Origin: Dimorphilus gyrociliatus
Lineage: Eukaryota; Animalia; Annelida
DNA: 64,000 bases
Assembly (NCBI GenBank): GCA_904063045.1
Contig: CAJFCJ010000011.1
Coordinates: 310,001 to 374,000 of the forward strand
Direction of reading: 5' to 3'
A program made the translations under genes and the position numbers. The notes under the pieces were generated by a model. The model made no database searches. It had not been told where the DNA came from and worked only from the letters and a program-made list of their open reading frames with translations. The stretch's first letter is position 1, and each line of letters starts with the position of its first letter. Of the stretch, positions 10,857-22,235 are shown piece by piece.

Positions 10857-12729
10857 CTAATTCTTAAATTTATCGTTGTTAGATTGTTCTGTAATACACA
10901 ACCAACGAGTAGCTAATTTGTAAGATGGTTTATCTGATCCATCGTCATAGGGAATATGCCAAATACCATTGTTATATTGAACCCTAGTGTCAAAGGAATC
11001 TGGATACTGAAATAATTTTTAATTATTAGTAAAAAAACCAATAAAAACTTTCGACTAACCTTAAATTTGAAAAAGGTTTTTCCATATTGATTTTTTTTCA
11101 AACCTAAAAATGGTACTTGATTAGTTCTCTGCCATATCTTAAACTGTATGAGAAATAATTGGAAAGAATTATAAATAATAATATGCTAAGCATTAACAAG
11201 CAATTATTTGCCTTTAATCCCAATTCACCACCCAATAAATATTTATGATCTCTTAGCTCATCTAGTGTAACAATTTGAGTTTGTCGACCGCTTGATAATG
11301 CAGCATAGAGTGTCATTTTATCATCTTCTGATCTGATGTGTCGAGATACCAAATTAATTAACTTGAAATTTTTGTAATAAATAAATAAATATACTTGTTA
11401 TCAACGAAGAAGCACTTTGCTTTGTCTTGAATTTCGTCCATGAATTTTCCAGGCCAACTTAACATATGCTTTCTACCCAAGACTAATACTCTCTTACGCC
11501 TCACGTCCACTAAGTAATTTATAACGCTTCTCAGCTGGAATGGATTAGAGAATTTCTTAATTTATATTTCGTTATAAATAGTTTAGCCTCTTACTAATTC
11601 CGCCCTTTGTTTAAGTGTAATATGTTTTGGTGCAGCATAGGCAACGTTTAATCCATCTACGATCATGTCAAATCTTCCACTTTCATTCATAAACGTAATG
11701 AACCTCTGAAGTTCTTCGATAGTAGTTGAAAGGAATATATCATCTCGCTCAACTGCTAATTTTAGGAAAGACCTCCTAAGACGTTCAAAGTCAGTCAATC
11801 CTAATTTAGGTAAAGGCAGTAACTTTTGCGAACAGCATGGGCAGGTAGACTTCCTAGGCTCTATATTATTAATGCAGTACCCTTCCCTGTAAATAATTAT
11901 AGAAAACGCCATGTTATACTACTGTGGTGTGATGATAATACCTTACAAATGCTTCTTTTATGAGTTCCATTTGCCTAGCCCCAGGTATCCATCTATATTC
12001 ATAATAATAAAAAAGTAGATCCAAGAGCCATTTTTTTCCTTTCTGAATGAAATAATTAACTATCTTTTCACTAACGTAAACATCATGTTCGTGGAGTGCC
12101 TTAGCTAATTTATCTACTTCTTTCTTATCATCAAATCTGAGAGCCGCCCTAAATAAAGGAGAGTAAAATTCAGGCCCTAAAGTATGAGAAGTTAATTTAG
12201 CCATGTCCAAGTATCTATAACCGTCCCTCCATCTATCTGTTGCCGATAAACCAATGATTATAGACTGGCATGTATCAACATCAAAGAAGTCGGCAATTTG
12301 ATGAATTTCCGTTAGCAACTGATCTATTCTATCAGTTTCAGAGCTTCCTCTTTCTCCGCATAGTCTCAACGCAGCACTTAGAATTGTTAGTCTATTACGA
12401 TCATCTACTTTTTTTGATTTCATGTAATCATAAAGAGATATGCCAAGTTCGAAATCATCTTTCTTCAAATCAGATTGATGAGCGTAGTGACGAAGAAGTG
12501 CATTAGTCCAAACTTGCTTAAATCGTTCATTTATATTTAAACTATTTATTTTCCTGTCACATTCCACCCAAAAGTCAATATCTTTATATTGGTTATCTTT
12601 TATAAAAGACAAGACGGTTTGAAAGTGTTCGTCATTTCTCGCATCTGATTTTATTGTTCTGATGGAACCTTTAAAATTATTGAAAAGTAAAATAGGCCTT
12701 AAACCTCTACCAGTTAGCAATTTAAACAT
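10857..12729 (-). CDS. PRORP: Mitochondrial protein-only RNase P catalytic subunit (MRPP3), multi-exon
   Basis: Basic targeting-like N-terminus and PPR-like helices. NYN motifs IVDGLNVAY, SEDD, LDELRDH; terminal exon WHIPYDDG...RWLCITEQSNNDKFKN*. Confidence 0.9.
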
Positions 12730-12938
12730 TCAAAGAAAAATTTGATTCTCAGTGATTTGACCTAAGTTTGTCTTATTTACGGCCGTACAACACGTGCGAA
12801 ATAAATAAAAACTGGTATAAAGGTTAAACGATTCAGGGTCTAGTATTCGATTCGATAAGATATTAAACTATAAGTCAGATAAGAACGATTCGATAATCGA
12901 GTTCTTTTTGATTTTTATATATAATATTTCACGTCAAA
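12730..12938. promoter_or_regulatory. Putative 209-bp bidirectional promoter between PRORP and MRPL11
   Basis: Head-to-head ATGs at 12729(-) and 12939(+). CGATTCGATAA occurs twice (12848-12858, 12886-12896). Confidence 0.6.
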
Positions 12939-13605
12939 ATGGCTGCTCGGCGAGCGACGTCTAAACTTACGAAAGCTTTAAAAAAGACAGCTGAGAAAGT
13001 GGTTGTCGATCCTTTCCTAAAATCATATATACCAGCTGGAAAAGCTGTTCCAGCCCCTCCATTAGGGCCAATGTTAGGTGCACGTAACATACAAATCGGT
13101 CAATTTTGTAAGGACTTTAATGAAAGAACAAAAAACATCAAAAAAGGAATACCACTACCGACAAGAATATGGGCTAATCCAGATAAAACTTATAAAATGA
13201 TTATACATAAGCCACCTCTCACTTATTTTATTAAACAAGCGGCTGGTATCAATCGTGGAGCGATGAAACCTGGCAAGGAGACTGCAGGTTTGAATATTCT
13301 TAATCTTTATTTTTGGTTCATTCGATCAATTTTCATTCCAATTTATTACAGGAAAAATATCTTTAAAGCACGTTTATGAAATAGCTAAAATAAAAAGTGA
13401 AGATCCTTGCTGGGAAAACGAGGATATGGAAACAATTTGCAGATCGGTTATAGGGGCAGCTCATAGTTTAGGTGTTGAAGTAGTAAAATCATTAAGTGCT
13501 GAAGAATATAAGGAGTTCCTCGATGAAAGAAGACAAATTGTTGATGAACAATTAACAGAACTGGAAGAATCTAGAGCTGCTAAAATGTTGCGAGTTGTAC
13601 AGTAG
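12939..13605 (+). CDS. MRPL11: Mitochondrial ribosomal protein L11 (uL11m), one intron
   Basis: IPAGKAVPAPPLGPMLG...FCKDFNERT...GIPLP; exon 2 ISLKHVYEIAKIK...VIGAAHSLGVEVV. Confidence 0.95.
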
Positions 13606-13960
13606 AGCTCAGATAGTTAGATAATTAACATCAATTTTCCGAGAAATGTAAAGTACACTATAAATAGAATAAATAAATTGCTCATTACTAAAGATCCGCA
13701 GTGAAATTTGCAATGGACGGTATATTTTCAGAAATAATAATTTTATTTTTTCAAAAAAAAAAGGAAACAAAACCAAAAAACATAAAAAAAGAAACAAACA
13801 ACTCACTCATCAAAGGATTTCCTGAAGAACATTTTATAAGACTTGTTCGAAAACTAATTATAATATGTTTGTAATTTATCGCATTATTTAGATTTTTTTC
13901 CATTCAATCAGATAAAACAAGAAAAACCATTTCTTTTCCTAAAGACATTTTCCACAACAA

Positions 13961-16255
13961 TTACTCCCTTATCTTTTTTCCCTTAGATTTCTTAGATTTT
14001 CTTTTCCTCTTATCCCTGTCAACTGCTATAAGGCCTTGGTGGTGAAGTTGACGATGCATTTTATTGGCCTTTGTTAGTGTATTTAGAAATATCTTATCAC
14101 CCTTAGTATTTGGAAGTGGCGGAGCGACATCTTTTTCTGATGCTTTTAAACGAAGTGTTCTCCTACCAATTGAGCTATCAGAGCTTTGACTTTCTGTATC
14201 AACTGTCGACTTTTTTGGAGCGACTGGAATTAAATTGAACGCCAGCTCTTTGTGAATATCTCTCCTGACAGCCCCCGTACCGCTATAAGCCGATCTATCT
14301 ATTCTTGTCTGGGCGTTTCTTTGTGCTGTTTTTGTCCTTTCAAACTCGAAAACAGCGGCTTCTCTTGCAGCTGTAGCACTCCTCGTTGTTCGCCTTACAG
14401 GAGTTTGTCTCCTGCGGCTTTTACTTTCTCTTAATTCGTACGGTTCTGTTGATAGGCTTAAACTTTCTAGTAATTCTTGAGTTTGATTTTCTAAATTTTT
14501 CGATTCCTTTCGACGTTTGTTTGAGATATTTTCATTCGATGAATACGTATCCTCTTCATATAATACAGCAGCAGACTCAGCTAAAGGAGGAACTTGTTTA
14601 ACGGAATTCTTGCTGGGTGGAGGATTAGATTCTGGAGGAGATTGCCCTAATGAGCTTAATATCTCGTGCACATCGGCTTGTTCCACTACATTAAATCCTA
14701 AATCTTGACTATTTTCCACCTCTTCGATTCCACCTTCCTCTTTCTCTTCCTTCGTATGGGTGGCTATATGAGCTTGTAAATCTTCAGTAGTCCAAAATCT
14801 TCTTGAACACATGGTACATTTATTTTGTATATGTTTATTATGAATTAGTAAGTGCTCGTGGAGATGATGGGATCTGGCAAATTTCTTATCGCATTGTGGG
14901 CATTTAAGGGCGTCGTCCGAGTGAATTTTTAAATGATTCTTTAAATCGTAACGGTGTCGATATTTTTTGCCGCAAACAGCACATTGATAATTTGCTCCTG
15001 ATTTATGTGTGTCTGTATGCCTCTTAAGAGCGGAAGGTCTTAAGAATTCTTTGTTACATTCCGTACAGGTATATAATTTTTTCTGACGATTTTCCTTCTT
15101 CTTATTTGATTCATCTGCCGCTCCCTCTTGATGACGAATTAGATGCTTATCCAACGATCTTGTTGTTTTAAAAGGTTTCTTGCAAACAGGGCATGTAGGC
15201 CTCGGTGCGTTGCTATGATCATCTTGAACATGTCTTCGTAATGCCCGCTCGTGTTTGTATCGATTCTTACATAATTTACATGCATAACGCCTTACATCAG
15301 AGTGCGTGTCTTCATGCTCTCGCAGTTTGTTCATTGAGACAAATTTTTTATGGCAAACTGAACAGGTGGGAACTTCTTCGCCACGATGTAATTTAGAATG
15401 AAAAGCTAAGGCTCTCTTTCTTCTGAATCTCTCACCGCATTCTCCACATTCGTAGATAGCAGCAGTGTTATGCACATCCATATGATAGGCTAAAAGTGAT
15501 GGACTAGCAAATCTCTTGTGGCAGACGCTACACGCGTAAACAGTTTTTCCACCATGCTCCACGTGTTCGTGAGCCCTTAAGGAGCGTTCGTGCTTATATT
15601 TTTTACCGCACATTACGCAAGCGAAGGCGGCTCTCGACGAATGTACGTGCATATGGACGGCTAACCGTGAGGCTATTAGAAAAATCTTGCCGCACTTCGG
15701 ACAACGATGACATCGTTCGCCCGTATGAATTCTTTCGTGCATTCTCATATACATTTTACTCTTAAAGCACTTTCGACAGTGTTTACATTCGAATTCTGGT
15801 ATACTGGAATGGCTAGCTAGATGAGTACGAAGGTAATTAGTCGTTGTGAATACTCCTCTACACACGGGACAGGTATGCAGTCCTATGCCCGTATGCAGTT
15901 TCATATGCTGGGTATGCGATGTTTTTTGCCTGAACGATTTACCACATTCACGGCATTTATAACGAGGCGTCGAAGCGTGCGTGTCCATATGGCGTGTTAA
16001 CAGGGAGGGAGTCGTACATTTTCTGCCGCAAATCTTACAAACGTGTAATCCCAAATTCTTGTGCATTTTCATATGTCCAACAAGATTGCTCTGCCATCTA
16101 TAAACCCTTTTACATATTTTACATTTATATTGAGCTTCCCCATGTTTGCACTGATGCCTTTCTAAACTGCTTGCAGATTTAAAGCTCGTATCGCATATGT
16201 CACAGGTGAATGATTTGTTTCCAAGTCTGGATTTTCCGTCTTCTTCGCTCATCAC
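13961..16255 (-). CDS. Intronless C2H2 zinc-finger protein with 17 fingers and a basic C-terminal tail
   Basis: 764 aa ORF; I count 17 C-x2-C...H-x3/4-H repeats. Confidence 0.92.
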   Translation of the reverse strand: MMSEEDGKSRLGNKSFTCDICDTSFKSASSLERHQCKHGEAQYKCKICKRVYRWQSNLVGHMKMHKNLGLHVCKICGRKCTTPSLLTRHMDTHASTPRYKCRECGKSFRQKTSHTQHMKLHTGIGLHTCPVCRGVFTTTNYLRTHLASHSSIPEFECKHCRKCFKSKMYMRMHERIHTGERCHRCPKCGKIFLIASRLAVHMHVHSSRAAFACVMCGKKYKHERSLRAHEHVEHGGKTVYACSVCHKRFASPSLLAYHMDVHNTAAIYECGECGERFRRKRALAFHSKLHRGEEVPTCSVCHKKFVSMNKLREHEDTHSDVRRYACKLCKNRYKHERALRRHVQDDHSNAPRPTCPVCKKPFKTTRSLDKHLIRHQEGAADESNKKKENRQKKLYTCTECNKEFLRPSALKRHTDTHKSGANYQCAVCGKKYRHRYDLKNHLKIHSDDALKCPQCDKKFARSHHLHEHLLIHNKHIQNKCTMCSRRFWTTEDLQAHIATHTKEEKEEGGIEEVENSQDLGFNVVEQADVHEILSSLGQSPPESNPPPSKNSVKQVPPLAESAAVLYEEDTYSSNENISNKRRKESKNLENQTQELLESLSLSTEPYELRESKSRRRQTPVRRTTRSATAAREAAVFEFERTKTAQRNAQTRIDRSAYSGTGAVRRDIHKELAFNLIPVAPKKSTVDTESQSSDSSIGRRTLRLKASEKDVAPPLPNTKGDKIFLNTLTKANKMHRQLHHQGLIAVDRDKRKRKSKKSKGKKIRE

Positions 16256-17392
16256 GAATTTTTGCCTAAAGTTGCAAAATTGTTGGCTAAATAGATGAAA
16301 ATTATAAATAAAATAACTACTTCTATAAACACATTCTCATCTTTCTTCTCAAATGAATAAGGGTGATAGAGTTACTGTAGATGTATTGTATTTATTATTA
16401 CAGCTGCAAATCTAAACTAATTCGATACGTAAACGTCCATTAATATCATACTCATCATAGATATAAGCTGCCTTACTGTCAATTATTACAACGCGTAGCG
16501 CAGAAGGAGTATTGACATGTACAGCATCTCTATGCTACTGTATTTCTCCAGCTTTTAAAATATTTTCTTGTCTAGTATTTCAACAGTTTATGTTTTGTAA
16601 ATAAACAATAATTATTTCTTACTATAAATCTTTATAATAAGTCATTAAAAAATAATATAAAATGCATTAAATAAAAAGGAAAATCGTTAATTTGTATCAT
16701 ATTATTTCCCTAGTTCTTTTAGTCAGGTGTTGAAAATAGTTTTCGGTTGAGACATTTACAACATCTGATTATTTTAATTTCCATTTCACTTTTTATTTTT
16801 AATATACTTATTACTACATTTACAAGTTAAGATAGTTCCAGTAATGTATTTGGTTACAAATTGCAGGTCCGACAAACCCGACTGCGCGTACAATCAAATA
16901 ATATCACCCTATTATCGCTCAGTAAGTATAGGATAGTTTTCTAAACGAACTCTAGTTCCAACAAACGACATGAGTAGAAGTAATATATATATAAATTATG
17001 AACTAACCTGAGACTAGTCTTTGTTAATTAATTGTTGAAATTGTTGATTTCACATTAAATAAACAAGAGAAGCTCATTTTCCTACATTGTATACACTAGT
17101 GAAAAATAATTCGATGTTTCTTCGATATCCACAACTAATTAGCATAATTTTGTTTCGTGTTTTGAAAGACTCTTATTAATTATCATTATATTTTTCTAAA
17201 AACACTAGAGGCTACCTTTCACGATAAATTTTTATTAAACTGTAACCATAGAAACGTTACCGCCATGACCAAATAAACATGGCGAAGGCCAATTGATTTG
17301 TTGTAAACAACATTAAGCTATAACTCAAATCATTGGGTAATAATGGGAAACATTTACTTAAAATGATAATATAATTATATTATTAGCTAATC

Positions 17393-18977
17393 ATGGATAA
17401 GACGGTTAGTGCAGAAAAAAGAGGATCTTTACATGATCTATTAGCAACTGTTGTTGAAGTTCATAAGAAAGATATTAATGATTATACGTGGGGTCATCTA
17501 AATGAAGCTAATTTACCTAAAATAGGGTGGAAGTCAAGTCATGTTGAATGGCATGGCTCAAAAACACCAAGAAGCCGACCTCTCAAAAGTCGACAAACTA
17601 TTACTCCAATTCAACCGAGAAAGCCAAAAACAACGGATGAAATGAAAGATTCCGTTATGGCTTTTAGTGTTGGTACAAACGGAGCTCTAAGTCTTAAAAA
17701 AGACAAAGAAACTCTAGCTTCAAATTCGGCAACTAAAGGAAAGGTTCTAGTCGAGGAATTGCCCTCTAGACTAATACATCATTGTATTCCATCAGTGGAT
17801 GGTATAGCTTTCACAAAAAAGGAACAATACGATCAACTACGTAGTTTCGAAGAAAATGTCCTTAAAAAGAGCCAACTGCTAGAAAAGAAAATTCTTAGCG
17901 GCGTAGCTACAGTCGAACCTCATGAACATAACCTTCAGTTAGAATTGAAAGAATTGAACGAAATTGGTGCTGGCGCTGGAACAAATCTAATTAAACTGCA
18001 AACATATGCTAATACTTTTCACGATCTTGCTGAAGATGCTAATATATTTGGTCATCTATTTAGGACAATAAAGGAAGAATACGATAGTTATTTGCAATGG
18101 TTGTTAGAGACTCATACTACTCGAATTCCAATTCTACAACAACAAGTTTGTAGAATAATTACCTAATTGACGTATTAAGTTTAATTAACGTGTGTTGATA
18201 ATTTAGATGAGAAATTTAGAAGAAAGGGAAACTTCAAGACCAAGTCGTTTAAAAGAAGAAGAAGATCGAGTGAAAAATCTTGAAGACAAAGCCGAAAAAA
18301 TACTGGAAGAAAACGAAAATCTCAGAGCAGAACTTCGAAAAGAAGAATTACTGTTATGCCAATTGGAAAACAGTAATTACATTATTCATTATATTTATTT
18401 ATACCTTCATCTAACTTGGAAGTATTCTTTCTTTTAAGCTGAACCTGTCAAGGCAACAACGAAATTCATCCCTAAGACCTCATCGGAACAAGTTGAATCG
18501 CTTAGGGTCTCTATATGGGAAAAAATAGATGATATAGAAAATATTCGCAAAGATCTCAATTCGAATTACGTTCCAATATCAGTTTGTACCTATTTGGAAC
18601 AGTGTTTGAAAGATACGGAAGTCTGTATAATAGTTAATTTCATAATCGCTTAAATAATCCCTCTTAATCTTTAGGTAAACATTCAAAAATTGTCTGGTGA
18701 ACGAGATTACTTTGTGAGAAATGTCACTGAATTAGAGATGGAGCTTCAAAACGCAATAAGCATGGCGGATACAACTGAAAAGGACGCAAAGTTTGTAGCA
18801 TTGACTTTAAGATTATATTAAATTAACTTTTAATCATATACGTTTCGCTTAAAAAGGAGAGTCTGGAGGAAAATAAGGGCTGTTAAGGCTTTAATGAGTG
18901 CAAGCGGTACAATGATTGTTGAAGATATGACGGAAGAGGAGGAAGACGAATGCAAATGGAACTGGTACATTTCCTAA
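17393..18977 (+). CDS. C6orf118-like coiled-coil protein (TSNAXIP1 N-terminal-like domain), multi-exon
   Basis: YANTFHDLAEDANIFGHLFRTIKEEYDSYL resembles the TSNAXIP1_N signature. Short GT-AG introns link coiled-coil exons to a stop at 18977. Confidence 0.55.
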
Positions 18978-19042
18978 TTAACTAATTTACATAATTGTTT
19001 TTATAAATAAATATACAAACATATATTGATACTACGTTAGCG

Positions 19043-19066
19043 TATATATATATATATATATATATA
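19043..19066. repeat. (TA)12 microsatellite
   Basis: Seen directly. Confidence 0.9.
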
Positions 19067-19758
19067 CTTCTCATCACTATAAAAGATTAATATCATTATC
19101 TAAGAAGATATCACTCTTTAAAGAAACTACATGAAAGGAGAACTTAGCATTAACATTCTTGATTGGCGTTAACAATATCTTTATCAAAGCTGAAGACTGA
19201 AATATCTATCTTTATAGTTGAAAGGTTTTTCTCATTCTATTTACTTACTTTCTGTAAATACTATATGTATTAATATACTCTATGCAGACAGATTTATACC
19301 TATATATACAATATATACTGTATATATACACACACACACACATGTATGCTATCCTTCCTATCAATCATTGATAATTTATTGCTTTAGAATTTTATATATA
19401 AAAATAGGCGTAAAACTCTCTATTATTTTCCCACGTTAATTACTTTGACTATTTCTTTCACTTTCTACTTTTAATCTTGTCTTTTGTTCTTTTATTTTTT
19501 TTAAAAAAAAAACTTTATCTTAAAAAAATTTAAGGCTTTTTTCCACCTTCCTTAGTTTTATGTAAATTAAATTATTTACTCTTTCAAATTGTATATAACT
19601 TGCTTTTTCTTTTCTACTTTTAAACAAACTATTTAAAAGTATTTATATTTCTAAGTAATACATCAGCTCATTAATCATTTTTATAATAAAATTCCTATAT
19701 TCTATATTGCACAATACGAACGAATGTCTTCTTATGTCAGTTTTGATTGTATGAAATG

Positions 19759-19847
19759 AACAGAAGCCGTGGCGTAGGGCTTGTGATTGAGTCAAAAGCA
19801 AACACATCCACAGTCAACCTTACGTCAAACTCGATACTTCTGTTTTT
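19759..19847 (+). ncRNA. Putative Pol III structured small RNA, class A copy 1
   Basis: Terminal stem AACAGAAG/CTTCTGTT, second stem GGCGTAGGG/CCTTACGTC, loop motif TTGAGTCAAAAGCAAA, TTTTT end; TTGCACAAT at 19707. Confidence 0.7.
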
Positions 19848-20040
19848 GATTTTTTTTTCTTTTTTTCTATAATATTCATTTATCATTCAATTTTCTTACA
19901 GATTTAAACTAAAATGAATGAAATATCTTTCTTCTTCGGAGAGAGAGATACATAGATAGAGAGACAATATTAATGATTTCCCTATATTGCGCAATCATTA
20001 CAAAACACGAATATATTGTAGTTTTATAAGAAAATCTATC

Positions 20041-20130
20041 AAGTGAGCCATGGCTCGGAGTTTTAGAGTTTGAGCCCGAAGCAAATTCACTATAACTCTG
20101 AGTGCTAAATTGATACTCTCTTCTCTTTTT
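20041..20130 (+). ncRNA. Putative Pol III structured small RNA, class B copy 1 (most diverged)
   Basis: Stems AAGTGAG/CTCTCTT and GCTCGGAGTT/AACTCTGAGT, loop TTGAGCCCGAAGCAAA, oligo-T end; TTGCGCAAT at 19987. Confidence 0.65.
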
Positions 20131-20470
20131 CTTTTTTTTAATATCTTTCAATGAATTAATAAACTTATCCATTAAAATTTTAACAAACAGATAAAACAGC
20201 ACAAAATGCGATTATTGTTAGAGTTTTTAATCAAATTAAAGAACAGTTAAACACCTTTTGTTTACAATTCCTATTTTTTATTTACATCTATTTCAATATT
20301 TACATAATTCATTCAACTTTAATATTTTTAAATTTCAAATGTCACGTCTGTAAATTCAAGCTACACTAGTTCCATCTGGTTGACTGCTTTCATAGTACAA
20401 TTCATATGATAATCTGTATTGCACAATATAAGAAAGTTTCTACTTATGTTGATTTTGATAGTAAAAACTC

Positions 20471-20563
20471 GACGGAAGCCGTGGCGTAGGGTTTGTGATT
20501 GAGTCGGAAGCAAACACAACAAAAATCTGTCGACTTTACGTCAAACTCGATACTTCTGTTTTT
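20471..20563 (+). ncRNA. Putative Pol III structured small RNA, class A copy 2
   Basis: Stems GACGGAAG/CTTCTGTT and GGCGTAGGG/CTTTACGTC, loop TTGAGTCGGAAGCAAA, TTTTT end; TTGCACAAT at 20419. Confidence 0.7.
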
Positions 20564-20836
20564 GATCTTTTTTTTCTTCTATGATTTCCTTCTTTAATTC
20601 ATCATTTTTCTCTTCAACTTTTCAACTGTTTTGAATTCTTTAGTGTTTATTTTACATGTATAAATGATATTTCGTTAAAAAATACATAATTTAAATGTAA
20701 TCTATATGATATTTGAAACAATTTTGTATAGCGACACTAGCCCCATCTGGTATGTTTTAGAGTTACTACAATGATTCTATTCTTGCACAATTATTGCCTG
20801 TTCAGCTTATATAGCAGTTTCTATGCGTAGAATTAC

Positions 20837-20922
20837 GGGTGAGCCGTGGCTTGGAGAATTTGAGCTTGAGCCTGAAGCAACCTCCCTCCCTCTCCGAGTT
20901 CTAATTCGACACTCACCTTTTT
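20837..20922 (+). ncRNA. Putative Pol III structured small RNA, class B copy 2
   Basis: Stems GGTGAG/CTCACC and GGCTTGGAGA/TCTCCGAGTT, loop TTGAGCCTGAAGCAA, TTTTT end; TTGCACAAT at 20783 and CTTATATAG at 20806. Confidence 0.72.
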
Positions 20923-21148
20923 GTTTTTTCAACACTTCCATTTAATTATTAGTGTTAATTTTACAAATACAAATGATATTTCGTAAAAAAAAATACATAC
21001 TTTAAGCATAAACTATAGGATATTCTAAATAATTTTTGTTGAGCAACGCTAGCACCACCTGGTATATTTTAGAATTATTATAATAATTCTTTTCTTGCAC
21101 AATCGTTACTTGATCGGCTTATATAGCATTTTCTTTGTGTAGAATTAC

Positions 21149-21239
21149 AGGTGAGCCATGGCTCGGAGAATCTGAGCTTGAGCCTGAAGCAAACTCTCTA
21201 TCTCTTCGAGTGCTAATTCGACACTCGCCTAATTTTTTT
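21149..21239 (+). ncRNA. Putative Pol III structured small RNA, class B copy 3
   Basis: Stems AGGTGAG/CTCGCCT and GCTCGGAGA/TCTTCGAGT, same loop, T7 end; TTGCACAAT at 21095 and CTTATATAG at 21118. Confidence 0.72.
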
Positions 21240-21450
21240 ATATTTGTATTTTTTTCTTTTTCTTTAGCTATTCTTCTCTTTCTTAGTTTCGTTAATAGAA
21301 AAGTATAGAGTTTTCTTAATCTTTATTTAAAAAATACTAGCCCCATCTAGTATTTTTACTGATTTTGCTTTACTCTTTAACTAGATTGCATAATCATTAC
21401 GTAATCTTTGACCATTCTGCTTATTTAGAACTTTTTAAGCGTAGAATTAC

Positions 21451-21536
21451 GGGTGAGCCATGGCTCGGAGAATTTGAGCTTGAGCCTGAAGCAATCTCTC
21501 TCCCTCTCCGAGTTCTAATTCGACACTCACTTTTTT
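21451..21536 (+). ncRNA. Putative Pol III structured small RNA, class B copy 4
   Basis: Stems GGTGAG/CTCACT and GGCTCGGAGA/TCTCCGAGTT, same loop, T6 end; TTACGTAAT at 21397. Confidence 0.72.
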
Positions 21537-21876
21537 GTTTTTTCAACACTTTCATTTTAATTATTAGTTGCTTTATATAGATATGTAACAATTAAAAGCA
21601 GAGCCACAATCGCTATATTGAGCTATACGAATACTTGTTAAGAAGTTTTTATTTGAATTTTAAAAATACTGTAAAACGACCTTTTGCACTGTTTTCAACT
21701 ATTTAAGTTTGAGCTTTAATCTGAAAATTTAGCTCTAAGATTTGCTTTAGAGTGTATAGCACTAGCTTTTATGTTTAATAGTGTCAAAAAAAAATGGAAA
21801 AAATAGAGGCAGTGTACTTTTTAATAGTTTTCTCTTTTAAAAAAATATGAATATTATTAATTTAGAAAAATACAAC

Positions 21877-21962
21877 AAAAAGGCGAGTGTCGAATTAGAA
21901 CTCGGAGAGGGAGAGAGGTTGCTTCAGGCTCAAGCTCAGATTCTCCAAGCCACGGCTCACCC
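21877..21962 (-). ncRNA. Putative Pol III structured small RNA, class B copy 5 (inverted)
   Basis: Reverse complement of a class B unit, with its upstream elements (ATTGTGCAA at 22008-22016). Confidence 0.7.
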
Positions 21963-22235
21963 GTAATTCTACGCATAGAAACTGCTATATAAGCTGAACA
22001 GGCAATAATTGTGCAAGAATAGAATCATTGTAGTAACTCTAAAACATACCAGATGGGGCTAGTGTCGCTATACAAAATTGTTTCAAATATCATATAGATT
22101 ACATTTAAATTATGTATTTTTTAACGAAATATCATTTATACATGTAAAATAAACACTAAAGAATTCAAAACAGTTGAAAAGTTGAAGAGAAAAATGATGA
22201 ATTAAAGAAGGAAATCATAGAAGAAAAAAAAGATC

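Larger units (their letters stand above)
20174..20925 (+). repeat. Left arm of about 750-bp near-perfect inverted duplication
   Basis: Reverse complement matches 21874-22625; I found only about six substitutions by eye. Confidence 0.92.

Noticed and set aside
19909-20202. Minus-strand ORF with ASGSxSxxPSHGS, recurring on the reverse strand of B copies
   Set aside because: The peptide similarity follows from the DNA repeat. There are no splice sites, class A copies do not keep it, and the remaining sequence is low complexity.
21365-21580. 71 aa ORF (RRITGEPWLGEFELEPEA...)
   Set aside because: It starts at a non-ATG codon and is the translation of small-RNA copy B4; the frame is not conserved in class A copies.
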